DNA of 59,426 nucleotides, filler included, from Sphacelaria rigidula (lineage: Eukaryota): NCBI GenBank assembly GCA_964200075.2. It is 5 parts of 5 records of this genome, joined end to end, with 100 filler letters (N's around TTAATTAATTAA, not from the genome) between each part and the next. Parts side by side here need not be neighbours in the genome. Positions count along the whole stretch, not along the records: positions 1 to 11,807 come from CAXNAA020004475.1; positions 11,908 to 23,714 come from CAXNAA020004476.1; 3 more parts are not named here. One strand, 5' to 3'. Numbering within the stretch: position 1 is the first letter of the stretch; each line of letters starts with the position of its first letter. A model generated the notes under the pieces. It was not told the DNA's origin and did no database searches. It saw nothing but the letters and a program-made list of their open reading frames with translations. The position numbers were made by a program, and so were the translations under genes. Shown piece after piece: positions 1 through 13,242 of the stretch.

Positions 1-60
1 GTTTTAGGCTTGAGCCTCATCTCGAAGTTAAACCTCAATTCTCACAATTTGTTGTTATTT
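1..60 (-). repeat. Terminus of a dispersed repeat that also ends contigs 3 and 4
   Basis: The reverse complement (acaacaaattgtgagaattgaggtttaacttcgagatgaggctcaagcctaaaac) matches 35539-35619 and 47440-47523. All three copies lie at contig ends. Confidence 0.8.
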
Positions 61-62
61 AT

Positions 63-466
63 TGTTCCGAGACGTTTTCGTTGTGATAATACTCGTTGAA
101 ACATTTCAAACCTACGTTACGTGCTCATTTGAACAGACAGCACTCGAAACCAGTGCCCCTTGCCTGTGCACTACAATTTTTCGGCACCCGCTCTCAGCGT
201 TGCCCCTGTTGTGCACCACGTCACCTTTGTTCCACATACATACCTTGCCTCAACTCCGTTGTGTAACGAGCCTTCGCCCTGCACTACGCAGTCCGATTTC
301 GCGGTCTACATTCCTAGCTTTGTAAAAGCTTTTGTGCTGCCTCACGCTGCACAATTTTCGTGCTCATTTGAAAAAACAAATCTTTTCATTGCACACCGTC
401 AGTCGTCCCTCAGCTTGTGCCGGGATTATACAGTTATAGTCTACCCGTGACGCCACACCCGGAACA
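63..466 (+). repeat. Putative 5' LTR of element 1
   Basis: It starts TGTTCCG (63) and the inverted CGGAACA ends at 466, giving TG...CA termini. There is no second LTR to confirm the boundary. Confidence 0.5.
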
Positions 467-821
467 CGTGTAAGTTGCACGACTTTCACGTACCAACGCT
501 GCTACAGACAATCGGGTCTTCGCTTTTCTTCGACGACTTCTTCTGTGCGCAATCCCGAGCTCCGTCGATAGCTATTACCGCAACAACTTCAGTAAGTTGT
601 ATGAACCAGACCCCGGACATAGTTGTTACATACAGCAATTCGCTTGAATAAATTACTCAAGTAAATCAGGCCCCACGGTCCCCTCAGTGACTATTAGGCT
701 TCATTGTCCCGTATTGCCGGATACAAGCTCCGGCCTTTGCACGTAGCATCTCTTGGTGTCACGCTCCTTTGATTAGAGCCCGCAGACCTGACACACTGCC
801 CCTGTCTTTTTAAGCACACAA

Positions 822-3800
822 GTGCGTACGATTATCATATCGCACAGAAATAGCGCTGGCTCTTCCCCCCTATTGGGAAACCAATCGCTTCGTCGGACCC
901 GGAGTCAAACTACTGGCGGTTCGAAATCTTTTAAGATGAATGTCACGTCACCTTCAACTCATCGCCGCACGTATGCGAGCGCTGTTCGATCTTCGGGATC
1001 TGAAGACCAACTTTCGAGCGATGCTTGTTCTTCAAGGCTTGAAGACCTTGAAGACAAGACTATGACGCCGAGACCTGTTCTCTCACGTTCCGACTCGGAC
1101 TCTGAGAACAAGGCAGTGCAACCGGCCGAGTCATTGGTTCCTGACGGACATGTCAGTGAACCCATACCGGCGGATTCCGTTGCACCCCCCTCGCTGCGTT
1201 CTGTTCTTCCGAATCCAAATGTGGAATCCGAAGTCAGGATTGTGCCCCCAGCTGAGTCGTTGCCCCTGGACCCACGTGTCCAGCTTGGCCCTGTAATGGC
1301 TGCTTCAACCGTGGCACCCTGTCGCCTGACGGCTGGCAACTCTCGAGACGATTCTGTCCCGACGAAGCGTATCGCTTCTGGAGCAAGAGACTTTGTCACG
1401 TGGGCTGCTTCCGTTACGGACCCCCTCCGTACGACTCTCGATAGTCCCGTGCGCCCTACTGCGCAGTCCAATGTCGGACCGGCAGTTGCGGCCATGCATG
1501 CTGCCATGCAAACTCTGCATCGCACCTCATCGGCGTCGTCGCCTCGCCAGCGCCAGCTCTCATCGAGGTATTTACGGCTTTTTGCCACGCCATGCTCCAA
1601 GATCAATCGGCGTCTGCTCACGTGCAATTCAATGATGATTCTGCACCTGCCACGCCCAAACCCGTACGTTTGGCGCCCCGTTCGGCGACATCGCGCTCTT
1701 CGTTCGTCAGTCATGACAATTTCAACGAATGAGTCCAGCCCTTCCTCAACGTCACACCAGAGTCTTACTCGCGCTTCTGATCGGCGCCGCACACCGAGAC
1801 TTGGTCACGACCACGACTCCCGTTCTGGCAGTTCTAAGGGCAACTCCCAGCAAAGATTGAATTCATCGCGCGTTTTTACACGCCCGAAGAACGGCACTCA
1901 TGGTTACACTTATGATGGTAGCTCAAGTCACAATCCCAATTCATCGCGCGCTCAGAAGCGCCCGGTGCATGCTAACCGTGAACGTACTCACGAGGATACC
2001 TTGCGGCACAGATCAAGTTCTTCGCGCGTTCACTCGCGCTCGAAAAACACCGATCATGCACCCTCGCGCACCTCTCCTGCTCCGCATCTGTCACACGGCC
2101 GTCTTGTACGCAATGATAACACTGTACGCGCTGATGATATCCAAAACATATTTTCAGACATGTCACCGGCTCTGGACTCCTCCATTGAAGGGTCCGGCCG
2201 CACCTCATCGCAAAACCGACGACCCCGCACTGACCGCGATCCACCGTCCCGCTTCGATGCTGCGATTATTCGTTCTCTTCAACAACGTTTGACAGAACTC
2301 GAGCAACAGCTATCAACCATGGACACTACAAGATCCGCTGCCGCTCTCGCCAAAAGCACCACGGAGCCCTCTGGCGTTCCCGCAGCAACCACTGCCGCAA
2401 CCACTGCCGCAATTCCTGCAGCTACTGCTACCGCTACCGTGGCCGCTTCTCCTTTAACCGCCGCCGCTCCGTCGGCCGTTGACACGGACACCGATAGTGG
2501 TTCCACCAGTGCTCCCGTGCGCTCGCCCCCATCCGTGGAGGTTCTCCCTCCGCTCGGCGACGAGCGCTGCCCGACTGCCCTACTTTCAAGGCTGTTCACA
2601 AACCGACCCCGTGCGGAACAGCTGCAGCTAATTGATGACTATGCATCACAGGCGCCTGCACTAGCACATCACATCCTTGCTCAGCAACGAGACGTTGACG
2701 CCGCCGCTGCCCGCCTCCTTCTGGAGGATCACGCAGAAAAGCTCAAGGACCTGCAGCGGCAGGCCTCCCAGGCTCAATCCACGAGCACAGCAGCGCAACG
2801 AGCGCTGCAGGAGGGCCGTCCTGCAGCCATGGCGGCCCAGAGACGGATCCGCGAGCTCGAAGACCATGTCCGGCGAACGGTTCAAGAAGCGGACTCGTCG
2901 GTGGCGCGCTTATCCCACCATCAAGCCTCTCCGCCTTCCGCCAATCACTTGCTCAGAGCCCGCCTGCCAACGCCCGACAGATCGACCTACGTCATTCCAC
3001 GTAAGCCCGACAGGACGTCGTCTACTCCGGCCGCTGCCGCCCCCACGACGCCTCCGACACCGCCACATTAGCTCGGTGGCGAATGCCGTTTCTGCACAAG
3101 ACTTGCACCTGGTCTCCCACGAACGAGAGTGGCTTTCTCGTCCCGTGGCCACCTATACCGGTCCCTTTGAACGCCGCAATCACCTCCATTGCTTCCGCGA
3201 CGCATGGGCCCTGATCTCACAACGAATGTTCTATGCTGTGGGGGTTTATGTCGATCAGAACGGCTTCATCCCCCAAAAGGGCGTCCCGGTGCTCACCTTG
3301 GGCCAACTGGTTCTGCAGACAACCATCGGCAATCACCGGAACCACCAAACTTACGTTGCCGCGGTCATCCAACTTTTTGCGGCGCTTCGCGCCGCCTACA
3401 ACACTCATCCCGGCACCACCATCGACGGAGACGAAGATGAAGATGGGTGGACTCCCGCAACATCAAATTGCCGGGAAATGAAGAAGAATCACAGGCGCGA
3501 TGACGACGACAACGATGGAGGGAATTCACACCGCCGCCGCCATGGCGGTGGGGGATCCTCTTCGGGCGGTTCCGGATCGAACCGTGCGCCTCGCAAACCG
3601 CACCGCAAGAACCACGGAGGTACTTCTTCCGGTTCACCCGCAACGGGCTGGAATCGGTCTTGCTCAGACCTTCCCCCCTCGGGTTCAGCGACCCCCAGGC
3701 AAGTGACCCCTGAATTGGCTGATGTTTCGGCCCGCATTTTAGGTTTATCCGATACGGACACACCTGACCGTCCTTTGTCTTCTACTGCAGCCCGCGCCTT

Positions 3801-5043
3801 AGCAACGGCTGCGGCTGACAAAGAACGTTCCAAAGCTAGCAAAAAAGCAGCTTCCGATAGAGCTGAGTCTGCCCGAGTAGCTGCAATACAGAGACAGTAT
3901 ATTCAGATGGATGTGAATAAACTCTGGCGCATCAAACCATGCCTGCTGCGGATAACGAAGATCTGAGCCAGTTTACTTCTGCCCTTATCACGTCCATCCG
4001 CCGTACTGTTTGTAACATCCTTCACTTGGCGGATGTGACTGGCACACAACGTTTCGAAGACTCCGACTAGGTAGAGGGCCGGCAGACTCCCTTGCACAAA
4101 GCAATGCATTGATCGATCAGCCGCCGCTCTCCCGACCTCGCTGCTTCCTTAACGCAGATTCTGGATGGCTTCCTCGCCGAGATGGACCCAGACTGTGCCA
4201 AGGGGAAGACAGGCCCGGTACTACTCTCTGATCTGGAGAGGCAATTGATCGGTTACTTCGATAAAAGTGACCAGGCCAGTGCCATCCAGAGGCTGAGTTC
4301 TTTTGTTGTCGCCTCTGATGGCCCCTTCGCGGATTATCTCCGCGAATTTAAGCTTGTGGTTTCGGGTACGACGGGTGTCGGACGCCAGAACGGACCGAGC
4401 GACGCAATGTGTAAGACTTATGTTCGCAATAGCGTTGCTCAACAGTATCCGGCTTTGATGCCGTCGTTGTTTCCGGGTGTCTTGGCGCATCGCGAGATGC
4501 CTTACGCCTCCGTTGATACTATGTGGTCTGCTTTTGTACACCAAGAGGGTAATCTAACGCCTGCCACACGTGGCAAACCTTCTACGTCTGTGCGTTCACA
4601 ACCTACGGTTGTGTCCTCCACTCATGCCCAAGGGGCTCGTGGCAGGAATTCGAGCTCGTCTCGCGCTTCCTGGACCCTCGACTCAGTCGCCGGTTCAGTT
4701 ATGCGTGTTCAGGGTACCTGAGATGCATTTAGCGCGAGTTTTGACGGTTGGCCGTTTTCTGAGGAAACTTGGGATGATGTTTATTTGACTTCAACAACGG
4801 CATTCATAACCGATGACCCCCATTTGTGGAACCCACTTCTTTCGTCTTCCGCTAGGCGTAATGCCTTCAGCAGTCATGCCAACAGTTTCCCCAACTAAGT
4901 GTAGTGTTCAAGGCCACAGCATGCGCACCTGCGACAGTCCATGCATCAATGCCTTTGACATCATGAACCCTGAATTGCAGGACAAGGAACCCGCGTGGCG
5001 CCGATGGCAAGAGCGTATGCGCGACTATCGTCCACCAAATTAA
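822..5043 (+). pseudogene. gag: Extended gag-like region of element 1 (fragmented ORFs 822-3071, 2677-3966, 4182-4721, 4813-5043)
   Basis: It lies upstream of the protease. There is a capsid-like helical segment (FADYLREFKLVVS...VRNSVAQQYPALM) and a broken zinc knuckle (CSVQGHSMRTC) near 4900-4932. Confidence 0.6.
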
Positions 5044-5339
5044 AATTGCCGTAACAATTCGAACCAACGTGGCAACAAAAGCTCTAACCGCGGTCGTCGA
5101 CACAGCAACAATCACGGAAGCCCTCGCCAGAGCGATAAAAATTCTCGCGAACACAAACGTTCCGCTGATAGACACCAGCGGACGGGACCGACACAAAGCT
5201 CTATCCCAACACCGGAAACCCTGGCACCTTCACTACGGATCGCTTGCATCTATGACGTGCCGGGGCCGGTGTTTTTCGGTCTTCCACGCCATCGGTAGCA
5301 CGAACGAAGACTTTCTCAACATAGCCCGCGGAATCCGTG

Positions 5340-5535
5340 TCTAAAATCGCTCACTCGACTCCCCCGGCACTATCCAGGAGCGTAACTGACGGCCGTTCAA
5401 ATCGACCCCCGTCTCTAACCTCCACACAGTTTTCAACACAGCCCGCAGAGCCCTCGACTAAGATCGCCCACCCGGTTCTCCCGGCACTATGCAGGAGTGC
5501 AACTGACGGCCGTTCATATCGACCCCCGTCTTCAC
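5340..5535 (+). repeat. Imperfect direct duplication (~75-nt unit, ~118-nt period) at the gag-pol junction
   Basis: ctaaaatcgctcac...cccggcactatccaggagcgtaactgacggccgttcaaatcgacccccgtct recurs as ctaagatcgcccac...cccggcactatgcaggagtgcaactgacggccgttcatatcgacccccgtct. Confidence 0.75.
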
Positions 5536-5732
5536 CCCTTCACACACCGCGTAACAGTTGTGTTACCCCGCGACTCAGACCTGCACCCGGCTGTGAACTT
5601 GGTCCTTCAGTGCCAAGTATAAATCTGAGGTGTGGGAAGACCAACCGCCAGTCCCTGAGGCAAAGGCTTCCCTCAGCGACCGCACGCACAGGTAGTAGCA
5701 AGCCTTTTTGAGCTGACTCAAGTATTGCTGAT

Positions 5733-8700
5733 TTGAACTTGACCACATCGGATCATGTAATTCCCAATCAGTTGGATCGAACTCCTTCCCCGCGATTTTT
5801 AACACGCACGGACCTACCTTCGGCCGGTTATACTAACAACCGCCCCAACATATCTTCGGCTACGCCCCAACAGCCAAGCTTGCCTACGGAAAGCAGCCCA
5901 CAAGTTTCGCTCCGTCATGCCCCGATGCTGACCCCATCCACGCAACTGGACGTAGTTGTGGTTTCATTCCAAAATGTTTTGGAAGTTCCCCGACCTTTGT
6001 CACGGCGAAAGAGAAAGCCCCGTAAGCATGCCCACAAGGACGTGCGCGCATCATTACGTACACCTCTTTCGAGCGGAAATCCTCGACCTCAATCTCTCCA
6101 AAATGCGATGACTTTGAGCTGGACGGCTCTATTACGTATTCCGGAAGAAACAGAACCAAATAATTATGACGGCACTACTTCTTCAATCGACGACTCCAGC
6201 CCCGCACATTCTGGATCTCTCTTGGACGGTGAGCCCTGTCAACCAAAGACGATCATTTACGAAATCGCCAATGGTCACTCTGACCGTGCCACACCTGGAA
6301 ATAATATACCGTCCACCCCCTTCTCTGGTGAGACATCTGACCCACCGGCGGATCACCCGCCGTGCGTTTTTGCTGATAGCCCCACTGATCCTCACCAGTT
6401 TACCTTGCCTGAACACGGTCCGGATCTTGTCGGCGGTAAAGTGTCTGTAGATCCGGCCACTTTCACTACACGCGTTGCGATCCATTCCGATCCAAACGCT
6501 TTCACGCCTACAAAATGCGTATCCTTGTTGGACAGCGGCAGCCCGCAAACATTTATTCAAGAATCAACATGGAAGCACATGAAACAGACTGGCGCTGCTA
6601 CTGCAGCTTGCGAAACCACCACCAAACCTCGGGTGTGGGGCGGTTTCGGTGATTCTGCCGCGCCACTGACGACACGTAAATCCATACGTCTCAGTGTGCA
6701 ATTATTTCACAATACCACTCGATCTGCCAGCCTGGTAGTCTGGGCATACATTGTCCCCGACAGCACAATGCATCACGCCGTATTATTGGGCAGAGATAGC
6801 TATATGCGGTTTAAGAAACGCACCTACCGCACGCTTCCACCACTATCGCCACATTCCACGCCTCGTGGAGAATTCAACCTCGAGCACTTCGGTACTCTCC
6901 ACGGCGCCCTGGCTTATCAGAAGAATCCTCAAGCAACCGGAGTTGCTTACCACCTACGATATAACGGTAGCGTGGGTATTACACTCTCCAACGACCCCCA
7001 ACTTCTTGAAGTTGCACTAGTTCTCCAAAATGGCATGCCAGCACTTACGGACCATTATCTTGCCGAAATGTTACCCGTATTGGCACACCAGCCAACACAG
7101 AACATTTTGTGTCGGCGGGGCAACAACTCCTCCTTCTTACGGGTCATGCCAACTTGGAACCCGGCGATGTTTTAGAAATCGCCGCTGCTCCCCTGATGCA
7201 CATCCCACTCGAGACGTGCGTAACAGAGCCTGCCACGCCAAACGCCACATCTCCGGTGGAGTCAGTACATTGTGTTGATGAACCCTATTTCGACCTCGCC
7301 TCTGCGACTCCACCCCAGGTCCACACCGTGGATCCTGCCCAGTCAAGTTCCGATCCTCCTGCTGACGTGCTTCAACGTTTATCACTAGATTCTCGGATTA
7401 GTTCATTTCACATGTGGAACCAACTGCCGCCACACATGCGCGACATCAATTTTGACCTTCATGGGCCCGGCTGGGAACCGGCAGTCATCCAAGAACTCAG
7501 TGGTGTCCTGCTACAGTACCAAGACCGATTTTCCCGATCCAAGAAGGATCTTGGGCATTGCAAAACACTGCCCTTTGAGGTTATCCTCCAACCAGGTGTC
7601 TCGCCGATTTATTCTCGGCCATACCGAACAAACCCGATCCTTACCAAGAAAGTTAACGCCATCTTGGATTCGTATCTGGGAGCGGGACCAATACAACATT
7701 CCTCCTCTCCTTGGGCCTCGCCCCTTGTGGTCGTTCCCAAAAAGGATGGAAACATACGCATAACCGTGAAGTATCAACGGTTGAACCGCGTCACTGTAGT
7801 CGGTAAACTTCCAGTTCCCCGCATTGATGAAGTTTTCGACTCCTTAGGCGAAGGAAGAATATTCAGCACCTTCGACCTCGCTTCTGGATTTTTTCAGGAT
7901 GCTATACACCCTGACACAGTCCCACTGACGGCTTTTTGTATCTCGTGCGGACTCTATGAGTGGCTTCAAATGTCACAAGGCGCCGCCACTGCCCCGGGAT
8001 GCTTTCAACGCTTCATGCAACGCATCACCGAGGGCCTCGAGCACATCATCATGTACCTGGATAACGCTATCGCTTTCGATGCCTCACCTATTGCACATAT
8101 ACGCACTCTACGAGATTTTCTCTCTCGCCTACGCACGCACAAGTTGAAACTGTCTCCATCCAAAGCTCGCCTTGGTGCGACTGACTTGAATTTGTTGGGG
8201 CATCCCATTTTGCCAGCAGGCCTACATCCGGATACAAACAAAGTCAAGGCGATGACTGATTTGCCGATGCCAGCTTACACTTCTCAACTTCGCTTATTGT
8301 TGGGCGGGCTATCCTGCTACCGCAATTTTTTGCCGAATCTATCTAAACGGATTCGCCCCCTTACTGAGCTACTCAAGAATGGAGCCGTGTTTTCTTTCAC
8401 AACCGAAGTGGAGAATATCACCCGCCAATTACTCAAGACGCTTACCGAAAAGCCCGTACTTTGCTTTCCTGATTGGGAGGCAACACAAGATGGCTCCCGC
8501 CTTTTCCAACTCCACACTGATGCCAGCACAAATGGATTTGGAGGAGTTTTGAATCAACCTCAGGTTGATGGCTCCGTCCGACCCATCCTTTATATCAGCT
8601 GCGCTACCCTGCCCAACGAGGCCAATTGGAGCCCGCCAGAACTGGAAGGCGGAGTAACCACTTGGGCCATTGAGCGCCTTCGACAATATCTGTTTCACGT

Positions 8701-11700
8701 ACCCTTCGAGATCTATACGGATCACGGAACTTTTGAACAACCCGCCAAGGTTGGCGAACACAACCGTCGTTGTACACGAAGGTTGGAGTTTATAACAGCA
8801 TACCAGTATACCATTAAGCACCGTCCAGGTAAAAGCAACGGGAACGCTGATCTTCTTTCACGCCTACCTCTACCGCCTACGGCCGCAGATTCCAGCTCGG
8901 CTTGCTGTTCAACGGAACTCGATGAACCTGGAATTTACGCGATTAGACGTTTTTCAACGCCCGTTTACGCCTTCGACCTCCAGTGCCCGGAAACCGGTAT
9001 GCATATGGGAGGACCTCGCCCTCTACCATATGACGCCGTCTTGGGTGGGTTAAAGCCCACTACCTCCGATTTTGTCGATTGTCGCACTTTCGGTACTCGC
9101 GCGAAACTCTTCGCGGAGACACCTTCAGTCACCCACCTTATCTCCGACAACACGCGCTCCCGGTCTGCCGCCCGCACCACACCGAGTGCCCCGCCGCCAC
9201 CAACAACACCTGCAACCTCTATGAGCCATCCAGCACAAGTTCCACGGACCAACACGCGAAGCTCCGCGAAAACATCTGCACCGTGCGCCACGAGCTGCGG
9301 ACAATCTTCGCCGCGCACTGATACAACCCCGCCGCCCATAACGGCGCCACAAACATCTCCTGCCCCCGAGCACGGAACTGACGACTCGTCTCCTGCTCCC
9401 GGGACAGGTATTGACGTCGGTATTTCTGCCCCGTCGCCTATTCCCCCGCCGCCTGCCCTACCATGTTTGGTCGGCTCGCCAGCGGAAGGTCAACTACGCG
9501 AGTTTCTCGCCAGCTACTGCCACCGCGGTTGGGCTCACGAACAAAACGCAGAACCGCTATGTCGCGCAGCAATTCGGTACTTACAACTCGACTGTCCAGT
9601 CTTCTGGCCCCGGTTGGCACACTGCCACCACCAGTTGTTTCCGACGTATACGAGCTCGTGCGTAAAGGCACCCTTTTTACTACGAATGAAGGTGTGCAAC
9701 TACTCGTACGTCGGCCCACGCCTTTGACAGGCGCAATTGCCGCCTCAACTACGGGGCGCACCGCACGACTACTCAATGACGAACCAACGCGCATGTATGT
9801 GCCATTATTAATGCGCCCCTGGATCATGAAAGGCTGCCACACAGACTTGTCACGTCACCTTGGTGTCATCCGTACCCTCGCGCTCTTGGAACGCTTCTGC
9901 TCATGGGTTGGCATGGAACTTTCAACCCGCTTCTGGATTCGGCGATGCTTTAAATGTCAAGCCCGAAAAAACTTCACGACAGACAGCACGCTGGCCCGTC
10001 ATCTCTATGGGACTCCCCGACGAGCCCGGCCACCTTGTGTCCTTTGACTACTTTGGCCCTCTACCGACCATAGCTCGCGGCAATACCTACATCTTACTCT
10101 TCACTGACCGCTTTAGCCGCCACGCGTCCATGTACGCGGTAACCGCCGCAGATTTCACTGCCGCCAGAACGGCCGACATACTGGTCCACGATTACATGAA
10201 GCACTACGGTTGCTCAAAGCAACTTCTTTCAGACAATCATCAGCAATTTTGCTCAGACCTCTCTGATGAACTTTACAAGCTCCTGGGCACCCGCAAAATT
10301 GCCACGAGCGCCTACCACCCGAATTGTAATGGTGGTACCGAAAACGTTAATCACACCATGGCCCAGATGCTCTCTATGGTTGTCAATGACCGCCAAAATG
10401 ATTGGGACCTACATCTCTCGCACATCATGTTGTCGTACAACAACTCGGTTAATGCCGCCACAGGCCTTTCTCCGAACGAACTCCATCTTGGACGTTACCC
10501 TCAGCTGCCTATCACCGTGTTTGAGCGACACACGTTCGACGGCCACCAAGGATTGGATTAGGATCAGATATTCTGCCACGAGCTAGCGCATGCACGACAA
10601 CGCGAAGCGTTCACCCTCGTGCCGAACAACACGCTATCAACGCCTCGCGCTTAGAGAGATCTAACACTGCTCTCTACAACCTCATGCACACACGCTCTGA
10701 CTGGAAAGTTGGTGATTGGGTCTGGATCTACGACAACAGTTTGTCGACCATCCGCCAAGGCACCAGCAAGGCAGCAAACGAAACAATTTTGAAGCCAAAA
10801 GTATCCCTCAATTGGACAGGACTATTCAAGATCCTGACAGTCGGACCATCGTCATCATCACCGGATGATAAACCCGTTGGTGACAAACTACTCTATCTCG
10901 ACTTGTCTCGCGACTTCCAGGGCGAAGACACCAAGCCCCGCGTCTCCGTGCACAGATGCAAACCCTGCAAGAACCCGCATGATACAAGTGACATGCCCAG
11001 GTACCTGCCTGCCGGACTCACACAGTATGTTCTCAACAGCTACTCGACCAAGTCCCCGCCCTACCACGTTACAACCAACGACGTGACGGAACAGCCCTTT
11101 CGATTGACCGTGTCCTCCATTTCCGGCCACCAGATAAACCGTGATCGAGAAGGCAAGATCGCTGTCATGTATAAGACACACTGGCACGGTCTTCGAAGAG
11201 CGTCCTGGGAACGCGAATCCGACCTGCAATTGCACCGCCGTGCAATCCTCCTTTACTGAACGCAATCCCAACATCAGCATCTTGCTCACAACAAGAAACA
11301 TCGCAACATGCGCCCTGGCGCAGCAGCCCGCGAACTTCACCGCAATCAGGGACTACGCTTCGTCGCCGATAGTTACGAACTTGTACCCACCAAGACTTGT
11401 AAGACGAAGTTCTTCGCGAACCAGCGACTCCTGCCCAAAGGCAGCTACCTTTGGTTCAAAGGCGGCGACAACCTCTGGTGGTTGGGTCAGACCCACTCCG
11501 CTAACCTGGTTTCGGCCGAGACATACATCGTGCGCTTGATCGATGACCCTGGACCCATACAGCTCAAGCTTCGGCCAGTACTATACACCACCAGCCTATC
11601 TGCACCACGCGGATCCTGGTGTCTCCAGCGCCTCAAGTCCAAAGGACTTTGCCGCGGTCTCCAGCACGACATCGACCACACCCACGACGTCCACGCCCCG

Positions 11701-11706
11701 CTTTGA
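5733..11706 (+). pseudogene. pol: pol polyprotein of element 1 (PR, RT, RNase H, integrase, chromodomain, Tudor/SH3-like tail), frameshifted
   Basis: PR LLDSGSPQTFI (~6525). RT SPWASPLVVVPKKDG, FSTFDLASGFFQ and YLDN (8054; YLDD mutated). RH LHTDASTNGFGGVL. IN H-H-CxxC (GCHTDLSRHLG...CFKCQARK), FDYFGPLP, DRFSR, SDNHQQF, GGTENVNHT. GPY/F-like WTGLFKI. Chromo-like YKTHWHGLRRASWERESDL. Confidence 0.93.
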
Positions 11707-11807
11707 ACCACGCTTCTTTGTCACGACTGTTGCCCCACCCCCATTTTTCCCGTAAGCATTGTCTGCCCTCCCTTCTCCACCAGGATCCTCTTCTACGACA
11801 CCAAGAT

Positions 11808-11907
11808 NNNNNNNNNNNNNNNNNNNNNNNNNNNNNNNNNNNNNNNNNNNNTTAATTAATTAANNNNNNNNNNNNNNNNNNNNNNNNNNNNNNNNNNNNN
11901 NNNNNNN
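11808..11907. other. Artificial contig spacer
   Basis: N44-TTAATTAATTAA-N44, with stops in all six frames; identical at four positions. Confidence 0.98.
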
Positions 11908-12124
11908 GCAAACAAAAAATGGGTACGCCCCCCCCCCCCCGGTGCTCAAATTAATGTTAGTTGCTGTTATCGAGCGATACGAGTAGATACCCCGTTTATC
12001 AGGAGGGCGCAATTGACCATGAAACACAGTTTTTCGGCTCGAGTGCAATGGGCAGGAAGAATTTGAAAAAAACTTTACATTTCTTCACAAATACGATCGG
12101 GACAGGTCGATCGATCGAAAATAC

Positions 12125-13242
12125 CACACGTCGGACAGATCAGCTCCCTATAGCTCGAGCTACCTTTTTTTAAGCGTAGCTCCCGAGTGAGCTATGAGAG
12201 CTGTATGAGCTACGCATGTTTACCGTAGGTGAGCTACCAACCCGTAGCTCATCAGCTCATATTCGTCCTGGGTGGGCCATGAGAACTGCATGAGCTACGC
12301 ATGTTTTCCCTGGATGAGCTACCAACCCGTAGCTCATCAGCTCATATTCGGCCTGGATAGGCTATGAGAGCGGGATGAGCCACGCATGTTTGCCCCGGAT
12401 GAGCTATGAGAGATGCATGGGCTACACATGTTTGCCCTGGATGAGCTATGAGAGTTATGAGAGCTATGAGAGCTACGATTACTCATCCTTTTGACCGCGA
12501 GGGTAGGAGGTCTCTGAATCGGCATCATTCACACCCGAAAAATAAAGTGAATTATGCTGATTTATCAGATCGGCAACCCTCGCGGTCAAAGGGCTAACCC
12601 CTTGCAGCGAGCATAAGTCATCTATTGAATCGGCTCCAATTTCACTTGAAAAACGTATGCATGGTCAGACGGACTTGCAACCGATCGAAAGAAATGAATT
12701 GGTCAATTTTTGTAGACTCTGAATATTAATACTTTTTTAATCATCCGACCATGCGAACGAAGATATGTGTTGGCTTAATTTCTTCCTATCGCGAAGAGTG
12801 AGGCAAAAAAATCACAACCTAACGATATGTGGCGTCATCCCTTCGAACAATAATGTTTCATCACATGCGACACGGGGTTGGCCAGCGGCGAGCTAGGCAT
12901 ACGACGTGAGTGAGCCACGACCATGTGTCCCTGGGGTGAGCCACCGGGCGTAGCTCATCTGCTCATGTTTTCCCTGCGTGAGCTATCGAGCGTAGCTCAT
13001 CCGCATATGTTTTCCCTCGGTGAACTACCAACCCGTAGCTCATCAGCTCATATTCGCCCTAGGTGGGCTGTGAGAGCTGCATGAGCTATGCATGCTTGTC
13101 CTGGGTGAGCTACCAACTCGTAGCTCATCAGCGCACGTTTACCTTGTGTGTTGAGCTATCGGACGTAGCTCACATGTACATGTTTGACTACAAGTGAGCT
13201 ACCGCCCGCACATGAACTAGCTCATGAGCTGTCCTACGTGTG
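12125..13242. mobile_element. Non-autonomous hAT-like DNA transposon
   Basis: TIRs cacacgtcggacag / ctgtcctacgtgtg. 8-bp TSD gaaaatac at 12117-12124 and 13243-13250. The empty site is visible in the paralogous repeat at ~57953. Many internal gagct(a) subterminal motifs. Confidence 0.8.
12487..12593. mobile_element. ~100-bp piggyBac-like MITE (related copies at 18607-18709, 19146-19245, ~19264-19328 and ~41829)
   Basis: TIRs cc(c)tttgaccgcgagggt / accctcgcggtcaaaggg. The 19146 copy is preceded by TTAA. CCC...GGG termini. Confidence 0.6.

Larger units (their letters stand above)
63..11807 (+). mobile_element. Ty3/Gypsy (chromovirus-like) LTR retrotransposon 1, decayed; 3' LTR not in the contig
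   Basis: Domains appear in Gypsy order (gag-PR-RT-RH-IN-chromo) across frameshifted ORFs from 822 to 11706, with a putative 5' LTR starting at 63. Confidence 0.93.

Noticed and set aside
8054-8065. Both RTs show xLDN rather than xLDD, suggesting a variant catalytic motif
   Set aside because: Each is a single G-to-A change in an element full of other lesions. Decay is the simpler explanation.
959-11340. Numerous antisense ORFs over the retrotransposon
   Set aside because: They are shadows of GC-rich coding sequence on the opposite strand with no independent motifs.
11852-11863. TTAATTAATTAA palindrome recurring every ~11.9 kb as a possible biological periodic motif
   Set aside because: It is embedded in fixed N runs and is a six-frame-stop assembly linker.
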